This document shows positions 22,900 to 33,666 of a stretch of DNA of 64,000 bases, in pieces; position 1 is the first letter of the stretch; each line of letters begins with the position of its first letter. The stretch lies in assembly GCF_963853765.1 (NCBI RefSeq), contig NC_088859.1, forward strand, positions 50,220,001 through 50,284,000. Direction: 5' to 3'. The notes under the pieces were generated by a model. It was not told where the DNA came from. It saw nothing but the letters and a program-made list of their open reading frames with translations, and ran no database searches. The position numbers were made by a program, and so were the translations under genes. The stretch is from Magallana gigas. Lineage: Eukaryota.

Positions 22900-24335
22900 A
22901 TGAATATCGATAAATCTAAAATAATAATACATTGTATTTAGCAAAGGTAGGCAGAAAGAAAACATACAGATAAAATATAACGATAAATTTATTGAAGTCG
23001 TTACTGATTTTAACTATTTTGGAATAGTATTTAGCAGAACAGGATCTTTTAAAATTGCAATACAGAAATTAGCCGAAAAAGCTACAAAAGCATTATATGA
23101 AGTACTAAAAAGGGGGAGATTTCATAACCTATCAGTACAATGTCAGCTACATTTTTTTGACAAAATTGTCCAACCTATACCTTTATATGGATGGGAAGTC
23201 TGGGGTTTTTCAAATATTGCAATTATAGAGAGAATTCATCTCAAATTTTGTAAACTTCTACTCCATTTAAAACAATCAACTCCAGATTTCATGATATATG
23301 GTGAACTTGCATGGTCGATACCCACTTAAAATTCAAATTAAAACACGCATTATTTTTTATTGGTCAAGAATACTTACCGGAAAAGATACAAAAATTGCAA
23401 AGTTAATATATGATCTAAGAATTTGCATGAACCACGAATTTGAGGGGAAATTCCTTGGTATGAAAACATCAAACATATTCTAAATAACTGCGGTTTATCT
23501 AATATATGGATTAATCAAACTATACATAACTCTCAATAGCCGCCGCGCGTAAAGGCAAAAATAAAACTCACGTTGATAGACCAAATCAAACAAAATTGGC
23601 AATCTATTCTGCAATCATCCCCAAAAGCTCTAAATTATAAGAATCCATTATCACCAGTTCCTGCATAATTTTCTCACCTTTATCTTCCACTTCGCTATTT
23701 CTCCGATTGTCCCGAATGATTTCTTGTGAACATCACACAGCCGACTTTAGGCATTTTGTCGGTGTGGATACTACCGAGAGATCTGAAAAAAGGACAGCTG
23801 GTACACATAGAATGCAGTTCATTATAGTTATATCTCCCTATTTATACGTCAGTTAAAAGATTGGATTAAAGTTTTTAATCGACCAATCAGCTTGAGGAAC
23901 GGGATATCATCTACATTTGAGCTGGTCACGGACGAGTTCCGATGATACGAAGCATACCTTGAACACGCCCACTCATGATACCATATATAGAATTTGTAAG
24001 GAAGAGTTAAAATTTGAACGTTATTTTGTTACATTATCAAAAAAACGTTCAATGACTTTTTGTAGATTTCGAACATGTAATCACCATTTACCCATTGAAA
24101 GTGGACGTTGGGCAAATATTCCTAGACATGAAAGATTCTGTGCTCATTGCAATAAGCGCGAAATAGGAGATGGATTTCACTACATACTTAGCTGTAACTC
24201 GTTGCAGCAAGAACGCAATCAATGCTTATCAAATACAAAAATAAAAAATGCTATTAGTTTTAAATTTATAGTGGGAAGTACAAAACATTGTTCTTTGAGG
24301 AAATTATGTGTGCTTTTATTAGAAAAATAAATAAA
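22900..24335 (+). mobile_element. 5'-truncated, decayed non-LTR retrotransposon ORF2 C-terminus (CR1/L2-like group), interrupted by a ~340-bp insert
   Basis: Peptides DFNYFGIVFSRTGSF, PLYGWEVWGF, ERIHLKFCKLLLHLKQSTPDFMIYGEL, RYPLKIQIKTRIIFYWSRIL, and CRFRTCNHHLPIESGRW...RFCAHCNKREIGDGFHYILSC, with frameshifts and stops. Confidence 0.85.
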
Positions 24336-24374
24336 AATGCTCCCCAGGTTAGAACCCCCATACAACGAGTCAGA

Positions 24375-24436
<62 letters not shown>

Positions 24437-24979
24437 GCATGCATTGTTAATTAGTAAGAAATACCACATATTGTATCATTATAATCAATTCAATTTCAAT
24501 TCAATTTATTATCCTTGAGCTTTACAACTCATCGGAATACAAATTATAATACATATATTATTATATACAAATGTGCAATGTGCAGTAAGTGAGTGGACAT
24601 ATTAAGACAATATAATCATGTACATATCTTAAAATATGAATGGACATAAATGTATGAAATCTCTGTGTACCATCGTGCAATGGTGTTGAGACTAAGATAA
24701 ATGAATTTAATTGAACTCCAGCTTATCAGGATTTAGGATTTTCTAGGGATTATAATCTTTTTTGTGGCGTTTACACATCATCAAAAGAAAATCAAACCGT
24801 TTCAGTGTCGTGTTCCCCGAACTCATTGTCCTGTGCATAATCAGCAATTAAAGTTGTAAATGTGCCTAATGGTTAGGTCTAACTTTGCAAAAAAGGAGGG
24901 GGAGGGGCTAAGCCCCCCGGTTTCGACACCTATGGACAGTTTCCCCATTTTATGCAACTTTTACAGCTCAGGGAAAATC

Positions 24980-25099
24980 CGGAAACTAACTACATATTGG
25001 TTTTATTTTGTAGACATATTGCTTCCGGTTTTTATTCGCGTTTATTCGCCATATTGAATTGAATATATACAAGAAACGTTTTTCAGATAACAAATCAAG
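24980..25099 (+). promoter_or_regulatory. Putative ZNF207 core promoter / 5'UTR with ETS- and YY1-like motifs
   Basis: CCGGAAAC near 24979, CTTCCGG at 25022-25028 and CGCCATATT near 25047, immediately upstream of the ATG. Motif matches only. Confidence 0.4.
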
Positions 25100-26922
25100 A
25101 TGGGAAGAAAGAAGAAGAAGCAGTTGAAGCCTTGGTGCTGGTATCCTTTTTCTAGAAAGACGTATTGAAGCCAGAAGAAAGACATTTTTCATTTTACCGG
25201 AGTAAAATTAACACAGTGACTTTACCGCGGTGTTCACATTGATCAGGTTGGGCCACAGGGGCTCGTCACGAATTTTTTTCAACCTTTTATATCTACCACC
25301 TCTATACAATAAAATACATGTATTTTATTGTATAGAGGTGGTTGATATAACAGGTTGAAAAAAATTCGTGACGAGCCCCTGAGGTTGGGCATCAATCCCC
25401 GTTTGGTGGTTTGAGTTCCATTGGTGGTTAAATGCCTGAATAGTTCGGTTTCAGAAAAGTTGATACATTTCAGCTTTTCTAATGCAGGTTTACCATATTA
25501 TTAGAAAAATAAAAAATCTATTTTTTGCTCTCCAAATTTATCTATCCATCCCATTTGGGATATTATATCCCAAAAGTGCTAATATGTTTTACGGTGCTAC
25601 CGTTCTGGCGAGCGCAGCAAGAAATACACATACCTTGTATCATTGTCAACTTAGTGTTATTTAGGTATCAACGAACGTCAAAGAATTTTTGAAAGAGTAT
25701 TGCTCTACAATGAGCATGCCAAAGGTACTAATTTTAATGGTCATACATCGCAACCCCCTACCCCTCTCCGAGAGAGAGAGGAGAGAGAGAAAGAGCGATG
25801 CCGGGGCCCTGTTTGTTGGCGTGTAATTTCCACTTTTAAATTTAATGGTTTGACTATATACAATATCTACATATTTTTTTTAACTGTTTATTTCTTCTCT
25901 ATTTCTTTTTAATTAGTTCAAAATGTCCTATTGTTTATTTCCTCCCTACTCATATACTTACCTGCCTACTGTACATGCACAGTTAGCTTAAAAATGGATC
26001 GATATGACAGTAAAGTATGGCTCTTGCTAGTATATATTTATATAATCTCTATATTGAAAAAAAAGTAAAAACAAATCATATGTCAATGAGGCAGGTATCG
26101 CAGTCTATACTGAAATAGCTAGTACACTCATTACAGATGTTTGATCCACCTCTAAATTTATCGCGGGAAATATAGCACGAGAGCACTGTGACGTCATCCA
26201 TGACTTTGTTAGTCTTTGTTTATGTATCTCGACTCAATACGAAGGTATGGAAGCATGTAACAAATCTCCTGAGTCTCGCCAAACAATATGCGGTACTCAA
26301 AACATGTCTTCAAACCTTAAAACACTGTAAATTACGAGTTAAAAGTCAGCCATTTTTGGCATAGCACTACAGGTGAAAACATTAGAGAGCATTATGGGAC
26401 ATAGACAAAAAATTTTGTTTGATGTACTGTATGTTTAGCTCGTTCTTTTTCCCGCGCACACTGGTTCTTAGAGCTCGCTTCGCTCGCCGGGAGGTGCGTC
26501 AGCTCGCTATTATCACCCATTTGGGCGATTGGTCCCTACCTGTTAAACTGCTTTTAATTTTGATTCTGGAGAGTTTTCTTTGTGTTTTTATTCCTTAACA
26601 TGTATTAGGTATTGTAACAGAGAATTTGATGATGAAAAAATCCTAATTCAGCATCAGAAAGCAAAACATTTCAAATGTCATATATGTCACAAAAAGCTTT
26701 ACACTGGACCTGGTCTTTCCATTCATTGTATGCAGGTATTGGTCATAATTTCTTAGTTATTAATTGCTGATTTTCTTTATTATTGATTATTCTTAACTAA
26801 TAACTTTATTTATCTAACCTTAAATTTTCAATCCCTATTTTGAAAATCTAAATATATGATTGAACATCTGACTGTTTTCTGTTTAAAATCTGAAATCTTA
26901 TTTGCAAAGTTTAAATTTTAAC

Positions 26923-26959
<37 letters not shown>

Positions 26960-28268
26960 CCTGCCAGGGAGAAATAATTGTGAAATAGAAATTTATGGAA
27001 TGGAAGGAATACCAGAGGAAGATGTTAAAGCACATGAGAAACAAAAACAAGGAAGTGACGGTGAGTTTAGGAAGGTGTGAAAGGGAAATAGATGCTTTAA
27101 CTTGATGCCAGTTCAAAACGTATTCTCAGCTACAAGTTACAATTTTTAAGCTGTTGAAAATAATCAACTTTAAGTTACTAAACATTCTAAAATCAAAATT
27201 ACACTACGAAGAGCATAAACAACCCATACGACATATGAATGATGATGCTTAATATTTCATTAGAGCCTCCCAACAAGCGGATGAAGGACGACACAGATAG
27301 CAATGATGGAATGGCAGGTCCTTCAGGCAGTCAAAATAATCAGATTCCACCACCATTTGGTATGAACAGAATGCCAATGCCCCCTGGTAATATGCCCTAT
27401 GGCATGCCTCCAATGCCCCCCATGGGACCACCAGGTCCTATGGGGCCTGGTCCAATGATGGGACCCATGGGTCCTATGGGGCCAATGGGACCTATGCCAC
27501 CAATGGGTAAGTAATACAGAGGTCATTGTTTTTGTCAATAGTAAATATTTGCAAAATCAAGAAAACCTGGAACAAATTGAAATCAAACTGGTAGATAAGT
27601 TGGTAAATATTTGTCACAGCATATTAAAATTTTATATCAATTATTATGTTTCAGGACCTATGGGGCCAATGGGGTAAGTTTTCATTAAGTTGGTGTAAAT
27701 CTGATGTATATCATTTAAAATTGATTAAAGTTAAAAGAGGAACTGTTAAGAGCAATGAGAATATTTTTGGTCTATGCAGCATGCCACCCATGCCAGGAAT
27801 GCCACCACGCCCTAATTATATGCAGAATGGTCCCCCAGTCTCAATGCCGGGGTCTAATCCCATGAGTACACAAAGTGGACCTTCAAAGCCTTTGTTTCCC
27901 TCAGCACAGGTGAGAGATAGGTTTTTTTTCTAACTAAAAAAAGATGCATGTATATTACATTGTTAAAACTAACATCATTTGTATTTGATGTTATGATATA
28001 CAGTAATTTTCATTATTTAAGGACTGCTGGATATACATGTCATAACAATATTTTTCTACTTATGTTGTATATTTGATGTGTAATACACCTGTCCTGCTTG
28101 CAGTCCTCCTCAGCGACGATATCAGCCCCACCCACAGCTAACTTCAAGGCTGGATCCTCCACTGCCCCTGTCAAGCCGACATTCCCCTCAGCAGCGGCGG
28201 CCTTGTCCAACAACTCTCCAGTCCACAGCAGTGCCACCATCACTGGGGCACCACAGATCAAGAAACCA

Positions 28269-28303
<35 letters not shown>

Positions 28304-28905
28304 CCCAGAGGAAGACATCTCCTTGGTAAGTTAACGCATGATTTTTGTCTTATTCTCTCAGTTGATCTGAGAGCATTATCAGTTACTCTCAGGCAATATA
28401 CATGCACTGTATCTATATTGCATGATAGTAACTGCAGTCTACAAAACTATTTCATATATCTTTGACTGAAGTTTAGTACATCTATAAAAGAAAAAGGTAA
28501 TTGTGTGTTTTGGGGTGAAGTTTTTTGAGCAAAATATTTGCAAAATAAATGCTGCTGAATCAAAATAAATGTCATTGTCTCCAATGATTTACAGGAAGAG
28601 AAGAGGGCCATGATGCCCAAATACAGGAGAGGTATGGGAAACATGAACCAGGGGCCAGGACGGCCACCAGCATCAAGTAAGTTTTATTGAATTTTTGTTA
28701 ATAGATTATGTCTTTACTACCAATCTAAGAAAATCAGTGTGTCCCTTACTGGTCATGTTACATATTTATGAAATACATGTCTTACTTTGTAGATATGATG
28801 GGAGGTATGGGCAATGGTAGTGGGGGATCCAATATGTATGGGAGTGGAATGTCATATCAGGGACAGAGCGGTTACAGACCACCAATGACAAGTCGACAGT
28901 ACTGA
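25100..28905 (+). CDS. ZNF207: BUB3-interacting GLEBS-motif zinc finger protein ZNF207/BuGZ, 9 coding exons, 370 aa
   Basis: Exons 25100-25140, 26609-26735, 26925-27060, 27264-27506, 27655-27673, 27780-27909, 28104-28325, 28595-28676 and 28793-28905 total 1113 nt. [60 protein letters not shown]...[10 protein letters not shown] and GLEBS motif [22 protein letters not shown] at 29136-29141. Confidence 0.97.
25141..26608 (+). other. U12-type GT-AG intron 1 of ZNF207
   Basis: 5' site GTATCCTTTT, branch site TTCCTTAAC at 26591-26599, AG at 26607-26608. The intron splits the Trp codon (TG|G). Confidence 0.95.
25254..25381. mobile_element. Palindromic MITE with 9-bp TSD; second copy at 33549-33665
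   Basis: CAGGGGCTCGTCACGAA...TTCGTGACGAGCCCCTG hairpin centred on AATAAAATACATGTATTTTATT, flanked by AGGTTGGGC at 25245-25253 and 25382-25390. Confidence 0.85.
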
Positions 28906-29497
28906 TAGCAGATGACAAGTGGAAAGTACTGACAGCAGAGCTGGAGGCTTATCAATTGTTTTACAAATGTGTTTCACTCAGCTAAGTCTGATTTTATGAT
29001 GTTGTGATAGTAGATGTACACCATCAAAAGATCAATCTCATTGAGTAAAATTCTAAGGTGGAATTTTATTGTGTTTTATGAGTGAAATGATTGTATTTTG
29101 TAGATGTAAATGATGTCCTTTTACTTATATTTAAAAATAAAGTTCTTGAGTATCAAGGTAAGAAACTAAAAGATCAATAGGCATTGTGTAGAAAACAGAT
29201 TTAAAAACTTGGTAAGTGTGATAAATACTTTCTTTTAAAAAAAAACATGTACTGCATTGAATGTTCATCATACAATTGTCATCTACATTTTTATACAAAT
29301 AAATGTGGCATATTATGTGTTACTCATTAGAATGTCATGATGTTTATGAGGGAAAAAGGCAAGTACAATTAGTTTTTGACAGCAATCTGCAAAATGACGA
29401 ATTTTTGGCAATGTTGAGAGAAACTGCTGTAAAGGTTGGTGTTATGAATTGTTATGGTTTGTTTGGAATTCTCAAGACACCTAATTAAAGGTGGGTG

Positions 29498-29563
29498 GTC
29501 ACAGCAGAATCTCTGGCATTTTGCTGTTGGGTTTAACACCCCCAACATGTATATGTTGGTGAC
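29498..29563 (+). other. Four-way-junction structured RNA motif, copy 1
   Basis: P1 GTCA/TGAC; P2 CAGCAGAAT/ATTTTGCTG; TT linker; P3 GGGT/ACCC; P4 CCAACAT/ATGTTGG. Confidence 0.7.
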
Positions 29564-29610
29564 AACAGAACAGAATGAATTAGATCCGCTGTGTTGAAGA
29601 AAGGCAAGTG

Positions 29611-29666
29611 GTCACAGCAAGTTGTCTTGCTGTTGGGTTTCACACCCCCAACTGTTTGTTGGTGAC
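29611..29666 (+). other. Four-way-junction structured RNA motif, copy 2
   Basis: P1 GTCA/TGAC; P2 CAGCAAG/CTTGCTG; TT; P3 GGGT/ACCC; P4 CCAAC/GTTGG. Confidence 0.7.
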
Positions 29667-29727
29667 AGCAGATTTTGTGGATTATGTTGGATTGTGTCGG
29701 TGAAATTTCTCATGAGAAGCTATTTCT

Positions 29728-29780
29728 GTCACAGCATAGTATGCTGTTGGGTTGAAGGCCCCCAACATTGTGTTGGTGAC
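29728..29780 (+). other. Four-way-junction structured RNA motif, copy 3
   Basis: P1 GTCA/TGAC (extends to CTGTCA/TGACAG); P2 CAGCAT/ATGCTG; TT; P3 GGGTT/GGCCC with two G-U pairs; P4 CCAACA/TGTTGG. Confidence 0.7.
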
Positions 29781-30089
29781 AGTTTATTTAACTGAATTGC
29801 ATGGCAGAAAATAAGCTTGATGATAAATATGTGTTTTTATTTCTAGTTCAAACAAACAGAATCACCACACTGTAAGTAACAGATAGATAGGGAGAAACTT
29901 TTAATTAAACATTTCTGAATAATTCTTTGGATTAAGATATAACATTATTATAAATGTGGAGAGATTGCTAGTAGATGTGATGATAGTTGAGGGAGGTCTG
30001 ACGTGTGGTTTGTTTTTCTCTGGTACAGGGCCGGGGTCTGGTACACTGGACAGGGGTAGACGACTCTATCCTGACTGGTATGTACTCAG

Positions 30090-30149
30090 GTCACAGTGGG
30101 CACTGCTCACTGTTGGGCCGAAGTCTGGCCCCCAACTCGTGTTGGCGAC
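30090..30149 (+). other. Four-way-junction structured RNA motif, copy 4 (diverged, with compensatory changes)
   Basis: P1 GTCA/CGAC (one mismatch); P2 CAGTGGGC/GCTCACTG; TT; P3 GGGCC/GGCCC; P4 CCAAC/GTTGG. Confidence 0.7.
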
Positions 30150-30754
30150 ATTATCATTTTGTGTAATCACAATGCTTGAAATAAGTAAAGATTTGAATAT
30201 TTAAAGAGAGTGAATGATAAATGATATATCTGACTTTGAAAGAATTGGGTTTTTTGAAATGTTAAATTAAACTGTGAGGGTAGTATGATTTATCATAATC
30301 TTAATATACTAAATAAAAGGTTTGTTGCGATAAAACCATGTAACAGATGTACATTTAGTATGTATGTGACTTTCTACATTGAAAACTGTGAGGCAGCATC
30401 TCAGCAAGTGGATGTTTGACATTAGTTTTGACTGCTGTGTGACTTTTCAGAGCTTAACAGCATTATTACCAGATTGGTAAAAAAAACTCCATGAAAGATG
30501 AAACCAGAAAACGTTAAGTTGTAATGTCACAGGGGGTATACGAGATGCCTAACCTAATGTCTGTTTCATGAAATGGTCCTACGGCAGCAAGAAACTGAAA
30601 GCTTTGTACTGACTTGTCACTAAGCGAGTGACGGCGCTGACTGAATACTCGGTTTTGTTGATTGTCTTGCATTGAATGTATGTGTAGCTAAGAAGTATTT
30701 TATGTTGGAATTGTCAATAAAGATGAATTGATAAAGAATCTAGCACATTCTTAT

Positions 30755-32537
30755 TTTTAAAGTCACCTGATTCACTCAGGTGACCTATTGCAATTGGGTC
30801 TTCGTTCGTCGTCGTGCGATGTGCGTCGTCCTTCGTGCGTAAACATTTTTGCATTTTCAACTTCTTGAATAGTACGAGGCAAATTGTTACGTTTTTTAGT
30901 GTAAACTTTTGAAATTCATGGCCTAGGCCCTGGGTCAGGGGTTCAGACCCTATGGTGGGGCCAGTTTGGCTAAAAAATATTAAATCTTATAAAATCTTAC
31001 TCTTTACTCCCAAATCCATTTGAGAAAAACTACAAGCATAGTTTCCATGAAGCCATCTACGCAAATTGCGAAATTCATGACCCTTGGGACGGGGGATCAG
31101 GCCCTAGGATGGGACCAACATAGCCATGTAGTTAAAATGTAATAAGGTGTCACTATATTTGCACAACTTTAGTTACCTACTATAAATTCAAAAAGAACTT
31201 TTGGAAATCATCTTATATTAAACAATGCTTCATTAACAATTTAAAATTAGCAAAAAACACATGTGCATCCAGCAAGACACGAAATTTTATTTACGTCGAA
31301 GAAAGCATAGCACTTTTGTTTACAACGAAGTTATATGTGCTTGAAAATCAAACCCGAGCCTTTTCACCCCCTTGGAAACAACAGGCATTAAAAATTCAAA
31401 TGACACCGCATTATTAAAAAAAAAACAAAATGGTATAGTCAGACATCTTACACATATTGTTTAATCTCATAAAAATCAGATCCTGTCGTGGGCCTAAACG
31501 CCCAAAATTCAAAGGGAAATTCGCGAATTATTTTGTTTCAGTCATGTTTTTACCTGACTGTAAAATAAAATTATGAAACCTTAAATCCTAGAAAATATAT
31601 TTGTGAAAATTAAATGCATGGTTACAATGTCCACGAATTCATCTAGCTAAATTCTGAAATTCATGGCCCCTGGGTCAGGGGTTCAGGCCCTAGGTCGGGG
31701 CGAATATAGTAAAATGAATTAAATCTTAGAAAATCTCTACTCCCATATCTGAGAAAAAACTAAATGCATTATTCTGATGTCCAAGAAATTCTCAACCAAA
31801 ATTTTGATATTCATGGTCCCCCTGTGAAAGGGGTTTAGGCCATAAAGTGGGGTCAATATGGCCTTATAATGAAAATTATTAAATTGAAAAAAAAATCTTC
31901 CCTTCTATTTATATTTATTAAGAAAAAATTAATGCATGTTTGAAAAGCATGCTCTGTTATTATATTCCTAATGTCATGATGTTAAATTGGGGCATGCAGA
32001 AGTTGAGGCTTTTTCTTTGTGGGTGGGGGGGGGGGGGGGTGATAAATATGAACATTTATTGAACATGGATTATAATTTGAGGTAATTGATACGTGTCATC
32101 CATTAACAATTTTAACTTCATCTTGATAACTACATGGTAAATGTCACTTGGCAATACTGAATTAAATATATTTAGTATCCTGCATGAGCATTGTATACCT
32201 GAAGAAATGAGCTGTAAGATTTTGATTTGTATCGTACATGAAATTTCGAATATTATAAAAGATCGAATTATTACCAAAAGTTTACAATTTTTGGCCCCTG
32301 GAGCTAAGGTAAAGATAATCCGAGATTCTCCGTCTCTCAAACCCCATTCTCCCCAACCCCCATTTCCATGATTTTATTTTCAAACAACAAATAATAATAG
32401 CGACTAAACAGCAAGAGGTGCCTAATATTTGAGTTTTTACATCAAAATGAAGCTTAATTAAAAGGCAAACATGAGACACTCTGATATGTCAATCGAAGGG
32501 CAATCGGGTGACCGTCAAGGCCTGTAGGCCTCTTGTT
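30755..32537 (-). mobile_element. Decayed HINE-like element with degenerate internal monomers
   Basis: Left end palindrome GTCACCTGATTCACTCAGGTGAC followed by a (CGT)n-like microsatellite. Repeated GAAATTCATGGCCC...GGGTCAGGGGTTCAG units. Right end GGCCTGTAGGCCTCTTGTT is the reverse complement of an AACAAGAGGCC start. Confidence 0.65.
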
Positions 32538-33548
32538 TGGAGTATGAGGCCACTATTTGATGCCGTTTTGATTGCTCCTTCCCGGCTAGATGTTTAGGTA
32601 TTTATGTAGATAACTTTTTCTTTGCAATTCGAACAAAAAATATCGTTTTGATTGCTCCTTCCCGGCGAGGTGTTTCGGTATATAGGTAGATAACTTTTTC
32701 ATTGCAATTCAAACGAAAAAAATATTTGAAAAAGACATTGGGTCTACAATAGGGATACTTTTCCGATAACTTTTTCATCGATTTTTTCCCCTTTGCCGCT
32801 GTATTGTATTGCCCTATTTTGGAGCATTTTTTCAAAAATATCACAATGAAAATGTAGAATAAATTTACCCAAGAATATCAATCAAAATTTTTTTTAAAAA
32901 TTGCATAATATTGCATAAAGAGTGCACCATTTCTCTTGATAGGTAGTATTTATCAATTCAGGGTTGACAAACAGATTATGGATACTGTTCACACAAAAGA
33001 AACACAATTTGCTGTCACATTGACAGCTTTTCTCTTGATTGCTTGTTCTTTGTCTTTTTGCACCAATCCGCCAAATCGCTCTTGTCATCAAAATGTGAAA
33101 TTTTCAGGACAATTTCCTCTTTGCAAAAAATTCTGAAATATTGAGATTTCTTTGTTTGGGGTGGGGGATGGGGTAGGGGTTGTAATGTGGTCCCAAAGAG
33201 CTACGGGTTTGCAGCACAGCTAACGCGTGCACTGTACGAAAACAATATAAAAGGATTTTATGACGAATTGCACACCATGGATAATAGAAAAAAGTGTCTT
33301 TATATCTGATTTATTAAAGGAAGTCACCAAATCTATGCAATAATCTTTTGTATGTATACAAATCTGACCATACAACTAAGTCATGATTATTGGAAATTTA
33401 ATTTTGTAGGAAGGAAAGGTCAACTTAAGGTCGTTGTCTTTCTTCCTCGTATTTAAGATAAAATTCAAGATTGCCAATCATTTAGCACCTAATATTAACT
33501 TATTTTGGTTTTGGTTTTTTTATTAAACACAAATAACTGATTTACGGC

Positions 33549-33665
33549 ACAGGGGTTCAACCTTTGATATCTACCACCTCTATACAATAAAATACACACG
33601 TGTATTTTATTGTATAGAGGTGGTAGATATCAAAGGTTGAAAAAACTTCGTGACGAGCCCCTGTG
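33549..33665. mobile_element. Palindromic MITE (same family as 25254-25381) inserted beside a stop codon
   Basis: Same arms as the first copy, one partly deleted. The flanking duplication TTTACGG(C) at 33541-33548 and 33666-33673 contains the TAA of the adjacent minus-strand gene. Confidence 0.8.
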
Positions 33666-33666
33666 T

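Noticed and set aside
23917-24518. 137-aa ORF and RE/SL-repeat ORFs as host genes
   Set aside because: The first is the LINE ORF2 tail fused to insert sequence. The others are (CT)n translations.
29498-29780. Junction-motif copies as a CRISPR array, tRNAs or known ribozymes
   Set aside because: Spacing is irregular. There is no T-loop, D-loop or Pol III box, no hammerhead CUGANGA/GAAA core, and no HDV-like pseudoknot that I could build by eye.
29977-30074. Box C/D snoRNA (GTGATGA ... CTGA)
   Set aside because: The terminal stem is weak, I could not recognise an rRNA-complementary guide, and it overlaps a strong acceptor and exon candidate. A snoscan-type search would settle it.
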